From: Podarcis gaigeae
Lineage: Eukaryota
Direction: 5' to 3' (one strand)
Assembly: GCA_964106915.2 (NCBI GenBank)
Contig: OZ066921.1
DNA length: 64,000 nucleotides
The position numbers were made by a program, and so were the translations under genes. The notes beneath the pieces are model-generated. The model had not been told where the DNA came from. It did no database searches and worked only from the letters and a program-made list of their open reading frames with translations. This document shows, piece after piece, positions 11,501 through 26,100 of the stretch (position 1 is the stretch's first letter; each line of letters starts with the position of its first letter).

Positions 11501-14500
11501 ATCCAGAATGGGACTCTCAGCTGCGAAGAGAAACTTACCCTGGCAAGGAACACGCTTCAAGCTGTGAGTCTTTCCCTTCTGTTATTCAGCTCTCCCTGAT
11601 ATTCTCTCAGATCCACACCTGCAGGGTCTCAACATCACAAATGAAGGCAGTCAAGACCTCTGAGCTTTCAATCAGCAACAAAACTTGTAGATTCTCTAAC
11701 TAGGAAAATGCACATATAGAACAAAAGGTTTGGGTGGCTAGAAGAGTTTACTATGTTGGATTTAACACTGCCTCCAGCTCCCAAAGCTTCCTCACTTGTC
11801 TATTATCCCCCCTTGCTATCAGGAACACACAGCTCTCTTATCTGTAGGAGCTGGATGGTGTATTCCTTGGTCTTTCCTTAGGCCTCTCCTTCCTGCCTCC
11901 ATCCTTCCCACAAGCCTTGCTCCTCTGCCATTCTTCCTCCAGCCTCTGTGTTTTTGCCTTTTGCTCACTCAGCACCCTACCCACCAGCCTCATTACCTCC
12001 AATATCTGAAGTGCTCCTGGCCCCTCTGCCCACTTCAGGCATGAAACTTGCTCTCATTTCTAGCTCCCTTTCAAGTGCAGCCAAACTAGATTTTCATGCC
12101 CTGCACACATTGTATTACTTGACATCTTAAGGATAAACTAGAATGTTCATGAATATTCTACAACATCATGTCAGCTCAGCTCAATGGGACTTGCAAGTGA
12201 TGGCTATTTATTTGCTTTTAAAATATGAGCTTCTGCACGTTAGTCAGATCTGCTTGTCCTAGAAATACACTTCAAAGTGAGAAACTCTGTAATAACCTCA
12301 AATCCTCTCCTGCCAGGATGAAGCGCACCTGGAGTCGGGCCAGTTGGTGCAATATGAATCTGACGTCGTCATGTACCTCCAGGAGTGTGAAGGGCTCATC
12401 CGCCAACTACAGGTGGATGTTCAGATACTCCGGGATGAGAATTACTACCAGCTGGAGGAGTTGGTCTTCAAGTAAGGCGTTTCATGTGTGGAGCCAAGGA
12501 ATGAGGGTGTGGGTTATATTCAGCTGGGCTCAGAAGGAACATTTGGTGAACAAGAATGTTCTGATAGATGACATGCACTGTCAATGCAGTCCTGGTGGTG
12601 GTGGAACGGGTTTGGCAAATTTAAGCCAAAAATGTCTTGGGGAAACACCTTATTTGGGGCAGGGGGAGCAGAAGAGATTAGTATGTTGGGTCATCTTTCA
12701 AAAGCTCTTACCCCATCCTGAGGAAGTGTGCAGAAATGGGGTGGTGATGGTGGGTGTGTCTGGCTCCTGTGTGCAGGAACCTGCCCTGGTTGGAGAATGA
12801 CCTTGTGATCCCACAACCTCATCGACATTCTCCATTCTGCCCTCCCTCGCTTGATTTCTCTCCCAGGATTGTGAGGCTTCAGGACGAACTGGTGACATTG
12901 AGACTGGAATGCACTAACCTCTATCGGAAGGGGCACTTCTCCTCCCCTTCTTCCTTGGATTTTGTCCAGCCTTCCTCCCTGAGCACCAGGCACCTTAAGG
13001 CTGAGCCCTTGCTGAAGGGAACGCACACAACAGCCACCACTGCCTCTACCTCCTGGTTCCGGAAGCCAATGACCCGTGCAGAGCTGGTGGCTATTTCGTC
13101 CTCCGAAGATGAGGGCAACCTCCGGTTTGTGTACGAGTTGCTCTCTTGGGTGGAAGAGATGCAGGTGTGTTGTTTAATGTTAAACAAAACATAATTCAGG
13201 TGATGAGGTGTTTGTGTGGGCAGAACTGATGACGTTTTCAAATGCTTGGTGTGATCACTTAATACTCATTCTTAAAATCACTTTATTGTTTAAGGAGGCC
13301 TGGTTTACACTGTCTTTTGCCAACCTGACATTGCCTAGGTGTTTTGGACTGCATTTCCCATTGGCCAGTACTGGTTTAGCAGGGTGAAATGTACTATAAC
13401 TTTTAAGTCCTCCATCAGACAATTCCATGGGAATGACTAGGGAAGTCTTAAACTGGCTTTAAATTATGCCCTGGCTAATGTTGTTGAGCAGCTTCCACGA
13501 ATACCTCTATGAGTGTCCTTGAGAGGTTGGTCCAAAGCTGACTTAGTTAACTGCATGTGCCCAGTTTCTTTTAATGGGACACAGAAAAGGAAGCTGTCCT
13601 TAAGTTACATATTTTTTAAAAAGCCCCATTAGAAGAACCCTGCTGGAATAAGGCCAAGCACCTGTCCAGTCCAGCATCCGGTTCTCACAGTAGCCAACCA
13701 GATGCCTCTGAGAAGCTTGCAAGCAGGACCAACATTCAACAGCACTCATCCTCCCTTGTGCTCCCCAGCAACTGGCATTCAGAGGCATACTGCTTTCAAC
13801 TGTGAGGGCAGAATAAAGTCCCTTTGGGTATTAACCTTTGGGCTACTATCCCAGTTCACCTTGGTGAATTTCTTGATAGCCAACAGTTTCCAGAAGAATG
13901 GCATGACATGGTAGGAGTGTGATGCTTTCTACCTCTTAATAATTGGGTTGCAGCAAGCAAGGGTTAGCTGTTTCTGCCCACAATTCAGCTGGGAAATGCT
14001 GACAGGTTGCCTCTTCTGTGCTGGTTTCAGATGAAGCTGGAGCGGGCTGAATGGGGGAGCGACTTGCCAAGTGTAGAATCCCAACTGGAAGTCCAGCGCC
14101 ATGTCCACAGCAGTGTGGAAGACCTAGGCTCCAGTGTGAAAGAGGCCAGGATGTATGAGGTAAGCAGGGATGCCTGGGGTGGGGTGTGAAGGGCAGCAGG
14201 ACTGGTTTAGCTCACATCAAGAAAGGTGTGGAGGTTCCAGAGCAGCTCCAAAGAAGACAAGCAAAGTGTTGTTGGAGAGCATAATGTGGGAGGAAAGAAC
14301 TGGAGGAGGAGGAGGAGCTGATTTTCGCTTGGAGGAAGGATCCTCCTGCTGCAGGAAGGGGTTGCTTTAGAGTAGCCTTTCCTCTCTAGCTTGCACTCAG
14401 CTCCAGATGCTTTGGATGTCAACTCCCACCACAAACATGATATTTGGGATGGTTGGAGTTACAGCCCAAAACATCTGGAGCTGGTCACCAACTTTATGGG

Positions 14501-17500
14501 GAAGGTGGCCTGGGGGCCTTTATATGCAAGCTATTTACACTTGGTTTTGGAGAAGCAAAAATATAAATCTGTAGAATTAGAGAGATAGCCAGGATTTCTT
14601 TTGTTAGCTTGAGTATCCTTTTCTGCCCCACTAAGTTCATATTCCTGAAAGGAGATCACATGCAGTTGCTGCTAGATTGGGGCCTCTGGGGTGTGTTGCT
14701 CTAAGGATAAAATTCATTCTAAGGCAGGGGTTGCCAAAGTAGTGCACTCCAGAATTTGTTGGACTCCAGCTGCCATCAGCTCCAGCAAGCATGACTAATA
14801 CTCACGAATTATAAGAGTTGTACCAGGGACATTAGGCTACCACTGCTCCAATGGGGAAACACATCTTGGGACAGTCTGTGTGTGTGGAGGGTTTAGATGG
14901 TGTGAAAATGGGCCCTGAGGAGGATTGGGAATAAGTTCCGTGGCTAAAAGGGACACATAGAGGTCTGCTGTGCTCAGACTTCATTGTGCTGCTTTCAACA
15001 GGCCATCTGCCAGGGATTATTAGCTGTGATTCCTGCACTGCACGGGGTTGGACTAGATGATCCTTGGGGTCCCTTACAACTCTACAATTCTGTGATTCTA
15101 TATTTTACAATGCATGCAAGATTTGTGAAAGTGGAGAGATAAGGAAGAGACGAGAGAATTTCAATAGGACCTCCAGCTCTCTGTGCATTTCTAGTTAGAC
15201 ATGTAACTTTTGAGCTGCTTCTGATCCTCTTCGTTTTCTCTCTTCCTCCTGTTTTTTAAAGGGTAAAATGTCTCAGAATTTCCACACTAGTTACACGGAG
15301 ACACTGGGGAAGCTAGAGACGCAGTACTGCAAACTGATGGTGAGTTGTATTTTGGGTTGATTTCTGTAGCCAGCAAAGTGTCAGGGACCCTCATTCAAGT
15401 TCACAAGCCCCTCAAAGCTGTAAATTGCAACTTGATTCATGGAGGCTTAAATTTTTTGCCTGTGTGCCTGAAACCCTTCCTGTGCAATCTCTTTTAAATA
15501 AAGGTTTGTCTGTTCCTTGATTTGTGGTTCACAATCTACCTCAAATCTTCAAGGAGTGCTTCTGTGGCAGAAGAATGAGAAAGTCTCCTTTTAAGAAGCA
15601 CTTGCTATGCAGTCTTTTCATTGATTTAGTTAAAGCACTTTTCTCCTGTGCTTCACCCCGCTGCCACTGCCTCCCCAAAAGAAAAGAAAGGCTTATATCA
15701 ATATGAAGTCAGTTCCTGCCCTCAGATTTATAACACAAAAGGAAAGGGGATTGGAAAGAATGAGGAAAAATAGCAAAGGCACAACTTATTTGTAACTAAT
15801 AAGTTGGGCCTTTGCTATTTTGTAATGACCAGCTGGAATGGCAAGAGTTCAGCAATTTGAGGACCCTAAAGTTGATCCAATGGAGAGGCCTTGCATTTCT
15901 GTCTCTCCCTCTGCTTTGTTCCTTGGGAAATATCATACTGTCCCCACTCCCTGGTACAATAACAGTAATTACTGTGTTAGAAAGCAGATAAGTCATGCTG
16001 CTGCCAGGGNNNNNNNNNNNNNNNNNNNNNNNNNNNNNNNNNNNNNNNNNNNNNNNNNNNNNNNNNNNNNNNNNNNNNNNNNNNNNNNNNNNNNNNNNNN
16101 NNNNNNNNNNNNNNNNNNNNNNNNNNNNNNNNNNNNNNNNNNNNNNNNNNNNNNTACCAATATAATAACAACAAAAATGATGCCTTTGGCAGTCACACAT
16201 GTAAAATGTAATAGGAGAGAATGTAAAAAAAAGTTTGAAGAATAACTTGACAGTGTGGGGATTTCTGACAAGGCATCTGGGAAGGAGGGTGGTCAGCATC
16301 AGAAGAGCCCGGCTGCTGGTTCAGGCCAAAGGGGGCCCTGAAGTCCAGAATCCTGTCCTCAGTCGCCAGCCAGAAGCCTTTGGGAGGCCCTCAAGCAGAC
16401 AATCCCTAGAGTGGCAGGAAATGTAACAAAGTATGTTGTCTTTTTGCAGGAAACCTCCAGCTTCCGACTACACCACCTCCAGAGTTTGTATGGGTTTGTG
16501 TCTCGAGCGACGACTGAGCTAATTTGGCTCAATGAAAAGGAAGAAGAGGAGCTGGCGTATGACTGGAGTGACAATAATCCCAATATGGCTGCCAAGAAGA
16601 ATTATTTCTCGGTGAGTAGGAGGGGCTGGATGTGGCCAAGTGTTTGCAGTGCCTCTATGGTGCTCTGTATTCTGGAAGCGCCAGAGTTCCACATTTCTCA
16701 ATTAAGCTCTGTGTTCAGGAAAACTTACAGGTTTCAGTTTATTTTCTCAGAAGTGCCTTGTTTTGCTTGTGCTTCCTTTTGAGATTCCCTGGTCAAGTTG
16801 CTGGATGATATTCAACTAAGTTTTTCTCAGAGTAGACCCATTGAAATGAATGGACATGAATGAGTACATTAATTTTAGTAGGTCTACTCTGAGTAAAAAA
16901 ATAATAATTGACTATCACCCATAGTGCCAGTGAGTTTCGTCAGTTTTCAAAACTTTATTTTACCTTAAAATTTTATATCCAACTTTGCTTATATGTTTGA
17001 ACCAAAGCAGCTTATAGTAAAAATGGGTGGGGTGGGGTGTTATGAACAAAAATGCTGTTCAGCGTGAATTAATAGTAGTAGTATCAACAACCCCATTGAG
17101 AAGCAACCCCCACATTCAAAAAATAACTAAATCAAGCCCAAAGGCTTTCATAAAGAGGGAAATCTTAGCTTGGATGCAAGTACTGGGGCTCAGCAGGCTA
17201 TTGCTCCGTAAAATAACCAGCCTCCCAGTCATTTAAGGCTTTAATGGTAAGAAGCTTCAATCACCTTGAGTTGATGATCCCCTTCATGGCCGAGAACAGA
17301 TTTAAACCTTCTCACACCCCACACCCAAATTTTCTATTCTTGCCCAAATGCGAATTGCTCTCAGTGCTCAGAGTTCTTGTAGGCAGTGGGGCTGTAAAAC
17401 AGCTGTGGCCAGCCTATGGCTGATCTACAGAATACATTATCCCTGACCAATGGCTGATGGACGTTGTAGTCCAACAACATCTGGAGAGCCACAAGTTCCC

Positions 17501-20500
17501 TTTTCCTGCTGTGAAGTTTCATGGCTAAGGTTTCCAATACTGTCACACGTCTGCGTTGCCTTGTGCCACTCTTCCTGTGATGCCTACCAACGGAGAGGCA
17601 AACCTATTGTCTGATTTTGCTATAGGGAATGTTATTGGTCCTCTTTGTGTTTCTGCTATGCAGGAGCTCACAATGGAGCTAGAGGAGAAACAGGATGTGT
17701 TTCGCTCCCTGCAAGACACAGCTGAGATACTGTCATTGGAGAATCACCCAGCCAAGCAGACTGTGGAGGTAAGAGATAGCTTGGAGGGAGGCATACTTTG
17801 GTGTTGTGATTGTGAGCACTTTAACCTGTGTGTTATGCAAGACAACTTCATAATATAATAATAATAATAATTTATTATTTGTACCCCGCCCATCTGGCTG
17901 GGTTTCCCCAGCCACTCTGGGCGGCTTCCATAAAAAACAGAAATACACTAAAATATCACAGATTAAAAACTTCCCTGAACAGGGAAGGGATATCTTTAGG
18001 ATATCTTGATGTATTTCAGTACGACTGCATCTTCCGCACATTAATTTGTGCCTTTTCAAGCTTCCATGGTTGAAGGCTAGCTGGTTGAAATTGCACAGAT
18101 TAAATGCACACAAGGTTTTCCTGGCTTGAAAAGAGCTTTTCACCTCTCTGCCTTGCTTACTGGGCAAGGCCCTCTTGTCATGCCAACTCTGGAACCCTGG
18201 GTATTGTTGCATGAGATCTTGTGGGAACTCAGCCAGCCCTATGGGATTGTGTGAGAGCATCCTAGAGCTGGTGTACTGAGTGAGCTTTGCCTGGTAAGCA
18301 AGGCAGAGAGCTTAAAACCTCTTTGTGTGAGTTGGCATGACAAGAGGGCCTTGTGAAAACAGCTGTTTTGAAGCCTTTTATTACAGCCAGTTGCCCTTTC
18401 TTGTATTCCTGACCATAAGCCTTGATTGTGTGGCCAATTTTACTTTATTTAAAATATTTCTTGACTACCCTTCATCCAAACAGGGTGGTCTTACAATGGG
18501 CATGAATAAAACTGGTGATACCTATGCAAATTCAGCAAAGGTCTGAGCAGGCTGTAGTTGTTGTATTCAATTGTACAAAAAACGCTCTTTTGTCTGTTGT
18601 TTGTTTTTTCACAGGCATACAGTGCAGCAGTGCAGACTCAGTGGCAGTGGATCAAGCAGTTGTGCTTGTGTGTGGATCAGCATGTGAAGGAGAACACAGC
18701 TTACTTTCAGGTACAGGGAGTTCTCCGCGGCTGCGCATCAGCAGTTAACTCCTGAAGTCAAAACTAATGCCCTGTTGAAAATTTCTCCCACTTTTTTTCA
18801 GCCATTCTCCATCAATTAATAAGAAAAGAAATGGCATTCAAAAATGATTAAATGGCAGAGGAAATATGTGTGATAATTTCAAGGATAGGGTGCAGGGCTT
18901 TTCTTACACTTACCTTACTTTAGAAGGGACGCAGGTGGCGCTGTGGGTAAAACCTCAGCGCCTAGGACATGCCGATCGTATGGTCGGCGGTTTGAATCCC
19001 TGCGGCGGGGTGCGCTCCCGTCGTTCGGTCCCAGCGCCTGCCAACCTAGCAGTTCGAAAGCACCCTTAAGTGCAAGTAGATAAATAGGGACCGCTTACCA
19101 GCGGGAAGGTAAATGGCATTCCGTGTGCTACGCTGGCTCGCCAGATGCAGCTTGTCACGCTGGCCACGCTTCCCGGAAGTGTCTGCGGACAGCGCTGGCT
19201 CCCGGCCTATAGAGTGAGATGAGCGCACAACCCTAGAGTCTGGCAAGACTGGCCCGTACGGGCAGGGGTACCTTTACCTTTACCTTACTTTAGAGGTGAG
19301 TTTAGGGATGTCTTTTATGTCATTCTACATCTCTCTGGTGGTCTGCACTTCGAAGCCTCCCTGGGTGTTTGTTCTTCCATTAAAACCCAGGAAAAGGACA
19401 CCATAGCATTAGCTCCTCTCATGGTTTTTTTTGAGTTCGGCAACTATGGACAGCCAGGGAGGCTGCAGAGTGCTGGAGGAATGTTTACTAGAATGAAAAA
19501 CACACATACCTCCTGCATGACCTTGTAATGCTAAGGTAAGGTCAAAACCCTGCACCCACCAGAATTTTAAAGGAATGCTTAAGTTCCCCAAGAGTGAGGC
19601 AGCATAACGTAAGCTTCTTTCTCAGAGGAGGAATTGTTTGAGTAACTGTAGGATAGATATTGACACATCATGAGTCAGAAGACACTCAAATGCTGCTGTT
19701 GCTGAGCAGTACAAGAACCCCACCCCAGCCTAACAGGTAGTGAGAACACTACCCTTCTTCCCTCGCTACTTCTGCTTCCACCATATTTCTTCTCTTGTCA
19801 TATTAATTGTGAAAAGGTTTATATCCTGCTGTTCATCGCCATCCAACCTCTGCTTAGAAACCTCCAAGAAAGAAGAGTCTACCACCTCTCATGGGAGTCT
19901 GTTCCACTGTCAAACAGCTCTTACTGTCAGAATTTTTTTCTTTATGTTTAGTCAGAATCTCCCTTTTTGTAATTTGAACCCACTGGTTTGAGTCCTACCC
20001 TCCAGAGCAGGAGAAAACAAGCATGTTCCCTCTTCCATGTGACAACCCTTCAGATATTTGAAGATGGCTATTGTATCTCCTCAGTCTCCTCCTTCCCAGG
20101 CTAAACATACTTCAGAGTAGGATCAAATATAACAACACAAAAACATACAATCAACCCATCTCAAGCTTTGCTAGTAGAAGAGTAAATCAGCTCTTGGCTT
20201 GTGTGATTTGGTAGCAGCATGGAGGTTGCAGACTGTACAAATTCCTGGCCAAGCCAAGCAACCAGAGAAAATATCCTCCTTTTAGTTACTTTATTAGAGA
20301 GGCATCAATATAACTTATCTTGGGCTTGTTTTCTCAGAATTGGATCAGGATCAAGACTTGTTAATTATCTTGATCATGTTCCATTCTTTAGAAAACAGGT
20401 CCAAAATGAGCCATACTGGTATGTCTCTAATCAAATAACCCAAAGGAGGCTGTTTTCTCTGGTTTTTCTCTGGCCTTCCTTTTAAATGATGAAAATGCCT

Positions 20501-23149
20501 TTGAGCAAGTTGAATGGATGCTTTCTTTTTAGTCTTTCAAGTAAATTCCACTCTTTCATAAAACATGCAATAAGAAACCTCTGGCTGGTATTTTGACAAA
20601 GGGGAAACGTCTTTGTGCTTTTGCAGTTCTTCAGTGATGCCCGTGATTCAGAGACATACTTGAAGAGCCTCCAAGATACCATCAAACGGAAGTATTCTTG
20701 TGACTGCAACACCAGCCTGACACGCCTGGAGGACCTGCTCCAGGATTCCATGGTGGGTGCTCTTTGGGCAGATCTCAAGGTCATACAGATTTTGGCACAT
20801 TATACCAGAATCATAGTTGCAAGAGACCACAAAGGTAAATGATCCAGTCCCTGCTGATGCAGGAGATCATCTGCTGCAGCACCCCTAATACCGGGTCATC
20901 CATTCTCTGCTTTATAATCTCTAACAATAAGAGTTCACACCTTCCAAGGCAGCCTCTCAAACAGCTTGTACCATCAAGAAGCCATTAGATCCTTTAGTGT
21001 CTGACATACATCAATTTGTTGTGATGATCTAACCCTCTCAGTAGCATCCAAGAATCCCCAAGTTTTTTCCAGTAAATTTGCTTACATTGCATCTCTGCAT
21101 TGCTTACTTCTTTGTGCTTTATTTTAAAAAGTAAAAAAGAATGTGCACGTCTTTTCAAAGTCTGCCTATTTTCCTCTCAAATGTTCCCCGAACTGCATTG
21201 TTTAACTATCCTTGTGTTTCAGTTCCACTCCCCACTATGAAATGTTTACTTGAGTGTGACCTCTAGCATGCTATTTATTTTCATTTTGCTAACTCCTGCT
21301 GCTGCTGCTATGAGCACATGATGGTGGCTTTTGCCACTGATTGTCTACCACAAATGGCAGCCGTTCACCAGAGTTTCAGGCAATGAGAATTCGTTCCTGC
21401 AAAGCAAGTGCTCTATCACTGAGCTGTAGCCTCTTCCACCTTACACTGAGTCCACCCGTTGGTCCATCTAGTCCAGTGTTACCTCCTTTGACTGGCAGGA
21501 GCCCTCAGCGTGCATGTGTCTTCACCGCTGTCTGGAACTAGGTAAAATACAGCAATCATGAGCAAGCAGTTGTATGGGAAATAGTATTGCTGTAGTCCCT
21601 ATCCATATAACTCAAAATATCAGTGTTTGATGGTTGACAGCAACTGGGGACGTAGGCAGAAGCATTTGGCCACCATGACCTTTGAATGAGAGGAGCAGGC
21701 AATGTGAAGTGTTAGGGCTATTCAGTGCAGGCTTTGCTGACAAAGGTCTTGGCATAGGGTCTTTGGCAAGAGTGGGGCAGCTTGATGAATGGAAAGGGTA
21801 TGACCGTTTGTCATTAAGTAACATTATGGCCAAAGGCATTGAGATGAGGAGTAGGAAAGGAGGGAAAGGGGGTGCAAGACAAAGAGTGCTGGGAGACAGA
21901 AGGCAGTGCATGTGCAGGATGAAACAGAATTGTAGAGCTGGAAGGAACCCAAAGGCTCATCTAGTCCAACTGCCTACAATTCAGGAATTGCAGCTAAGAG
22001 CTGTGAGAAGGTACACATGAAACCTGCTGTGGGGAGGATGCTGAAAACATCCTCCCTGAGATGTGTTTAACTCTGCAAATCCCTTGGAATGTTGTGCTTG
22101 CTGGGGCTGATGGGAGTTATAGTCCAAAACCTCTGGAGGGCACCAGGTTGGAGAAAGTGGGGAGGACATTTGTGGGTGGCAGAGGCAGCAGCCTCTTCTT
22201 GGATATTGACCCAACTTGGAGATTGACTCAGAGTTTCAGGCAGGAAGGTGCACAAGTTTAAAAGTAATGGATCTGGAGGCTACTGTGGACGTTGTGAAGG
22301 AGCCAGCATGCGCAGCTTAAGGACAGGCTGCTCCATCGTAGACCCGCTAATCTTACTGCAGTTTCAAAGCTGCAAAAGAAGATGGGTTCCTTGAGCCAAG
22401 GGAGATGCATCAGCACAAGGTGGAGCCTGTCTATCTTGCAATGGTTCTGACAGACTAAAAACATGGGACTGCTTCAGTTGTAGACCTTGAGAGCCCGTGG
22501 GAGGCAGCTTTTGCCGCAAAGGTTCTTCATAGGCAGTCAAAAGGGAAAGCTTTGGCCCATGTGTGAGACGCTTCCTTTATCAGAATAAATGAGTTAAAGT
22601 TGTATTTCTTCCAACCATGCTCCCCTGGGACAGGAGAANNNNNNNNNNNNNNNNNNNNNNNNNNNNNNNNNNNNNNNNNNNNNNNNNNNNNNNNNNNNNN
22701 NNNNNNNNNNNNNNNNNNNNNNNNNNNNNNNNNNNNNNNNNNNNNNNNNNNNNNNNNNNNNNNNNNNNNNNNNNNNTTCTTTTTTCTATCAGGTTTAAAA
22801 TTGCTTAAGTACATACATTTGAAACTACCTGAACAATCTTTTTCACACAGTTCTCATGCCTTCTTTTATTTCACCTTTTTACAAAAATCCAGGTAGTTTT
22901 TCTTTCTTTTTTCCCAGTGAAAAATGATGGGTTTGGGCTTTGTTGCACTGTTCACTGTTTTGCAGATAATTCTGAAATTTGAACCTAGTAGTAATGTTTT
23001 AACTCTGCATGCAACTTTCGGAGTGGCAGGGGGTGAGTGGGCAGGGAAGACTTGGAGATAATTGGTCCTCTTGCCTGGAATAGTATTAAATATGGATTGT
23101 CTCTGTACTCCCTGCCCTACTCCCACTTCTGCTTGGAGAAGTTGCAAAT

Positions 23150-23185
<36 letters not shown>

Positions 23186-26100
23186 ATATGAAGACATGGA
23201 CACACATACAACCCTACCTATGCTTGCCCTTGAAAACCCAAACTTCCCTTGACCAAATGCTAGCTCCTCAGAGGGCAGTGTGGGCATGAGGTTTCTGGCC
23301 ATTCTTCTCCTGCCTGTCCTTACCCTTCTGTTCCATCCATTCTTCTTGCCTTTCTAATTTTGACAGGATGAAAAGGAGCAGCTGATCCAGTCCAAGAGTT
23401 CTGTTGCCAGCTTGGTGGGTAGGTCCAAAAGCATCGTGCAGCTGAAGCCACGAAACCCTGACCATGTTTTGCAGAACACCATCTCTGTGAAGGCCATCTG
23501 TGATTATCGCCAAATTGAGGTGAGCAGAAATCTGTGAGTTTAAATCCAGGCTCTTCCTCTTTGAATTTATAAACCTCTCAGGTTTCAAAGCCAGTGTTCA
23601 GTGGTGGCCTTGAGATAGTATGGTATAAGATAATACATAGGCAAAGTGATGATGATGATGATGATGATGATGATACATTGCAGTGTTTGACATAAGGATT
23701 ACTGTGACAATTTGGCTAAATTTGAGAACATACTGGTATAGCTTTATCAGAACAAACAGTGGTGAACTTCAGGTTTGCAGTTTTAAGCTTCCAGTTGAAG
23801 CTTATACTAAACTTTGTTTTCTTGTAATGAGGGCTAGTTAACGAAACTAGGGTACCAAACCAGACTTAAACAACATGGGAAATTATAGCTTGTTAGATAC
23901 CATGAATAAAATATGAGTTTCTTAACGTTGGCATCTGAATGTGATGTACGCATGGAATGCTTTCAACATTAAAAAATGTTGTACAAAGGCCCGGTAATAT
24001 TGCTGTTTATGCATGGAAGTCAGGGTGAGAGTCAGTTCTTCGAGCATGGATGCCAGGGTTGTGGGGAAGAGGTGGGGTCACTTAGATTTTGATTTAGCAT
24101 TGGTAAGAAGACTCAAGTCAAGAACACTTAACTTCAGTTGGGCAAAAATTTATTTCAAGTGCCCTATTTCATCCTGTAAGAAACTAACTAGGGGGTCTTT
24201 GGCATCTCCTTCCTCTGAGATGGTGAAAAATAGTTGGAGACGCTTCTGCTGAGAGTGTTTTAGCTGCAGAATGAGGTTGGAGTATAGTAAGTCCAATTGC
24301 AAGTCTTTGCATGGGTGGGGGTGGGGTAGATAGATAGATAGATAGATAGAGGGAGGGAGGGAGGAATCATAGAGGAAACCCACTCTCCATTTATTTATAT
24401 TCCCTCCCACCTGTGCAAAACTGTGTTTGCAGGCTTACCCGGCTTTGGGAAAGTGGCATAAAGGCTCTGGAAGCATCCCAAAGCCCATGTGCCACCAATC
24501 CAAAGCTGGGGAAACAGCCCTCCACCTTGCAGGAGACCTGATTCAGGGGGTTCCTAGTTTTATGCATTTGGAACCCGGAAACTGAACCCTTGTGTAAGAT
24601 GTGGGCTTACTGTATGTTGGGGTAGCCAATATGATGCCCTCCATATGTTTTGGACTACAACTCCCATCAAGCTCTGCAGGCATGGCCAATGGCCAGGGAT
24701 TATGGAAGTTACAGCCCACAACATCTGGAGGGCACCACATTGGCCACCCCTGGACTACATGATGCCTAGGATCACTTTGTGGGAGAAGCAGTGTGGGGAG
24801 GACAAGGGGTGACAGTTTGACCATCTACTGGACCAGGGTTCCTTTTGTTGACCACGCAGATCACCATCTGTAAGAATGACGAGTGTGTGCTAGAAGACAA
24901 TTCCCAGCGAACCAAGTGGAAAGTGATCAGCCCTACCGGAAACGAGGCCATGGTCCCATCTGTTTGCTTCTTGGTGCCCCCTCCTAACAAAGAGGCCATT
25001 GATGTGGCCAGCAGGTAAAGGGATCTTTCTTTCCTTGAGCAGTGCCGGGGTTCCTATTGACCTGGGGGTTCTGTAGGTGTGTGCATGTAAAAGAAAACAA
25101 AATGTTTGCAGCAATTTGCTGGGGGGTTGGGTCTGCTGGCATGTGTAACATAAACTTTTGTGGAAAGGAATAGTTTTCAACAGAGCTCTACATGTGGAAC
25201 AAAATCTAGCTACTGGGGCAAAGCATACAGAAACCTAAGATCATACCTTTTGCCCCTTGAAGATTCTAGTTCTCATTGTGGGCCAGATGGGTACAGCATC
25301 TGTCTCTTTCTCCCAGAGCCAGAAAACTTCCCAGGCAATCAAACATTTTGAAGTTGGTGCCTATGATTTTGCCGTGGCTCTTTAGCCTAGGGGTCGGGGC
25401 AAGTTGGAACCTTTTTTAGCCTGAGGGCTACATTTAATCTGGGCAACATTCCAGGGGCCACATGCCCGTCCTGGGTGAGGCAGGAGGCAAAAGTGAGCAA
25501 AGCAACAAATGTGAAAGTTGTCTTTTTACAGTAGGCAAATTGCTTTGCATGCCCAGACAACCCTCTCTATCCTCCAGCCAGCCAAGCAAGAAGTATCATC
25601 CAGGTTCAATGACTTATTTCAGCCAGGCAAAAATACTCGAGGGGTGTAGATGAGGAGGGTGTGTCCTGGGGGGGGGGGATCCTGAAAGCCAGCTTGGAGG
25701 GCTACATGTGGCCTCTGGGTCTGAAGTTTGTCAGCTGGCTTCTAAACGTGTTATGTAGGAAATGGGGAGTGGTTGCTCAATTCTTGCCTTTTGTGAGAGG
25801 TTGCATTTACCTTTTGAATATGCTTGGGATATGAGGAGCTGCTTTGAACCATGTCAGAACAACATTTCCAATACTGTCTTTGCCTGACCCATGCTGGGAC
25901 GGAGACTTGCTCCCCCTGGCCTTCCTGAGTAGATACAGCATAATATACCATAATTCAGAAGGTTGATATCCACACGGTGCTGCAGACACCCAATTTTGAA
26001 CTGCTTTCCAATTGTAGGGTGGAACAGCTGTACCAGAAGGTGATGGCCTTGTGGCACCAGCTCCATGTAAATATGAAGAGCCTTGTTTCCTGGAACTACT

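Noticed and set aside
16010-22776. Exons hidden in the two N gaps
   Set aside because: Flanking exons join in phase and read as continuous MACF1 protein.
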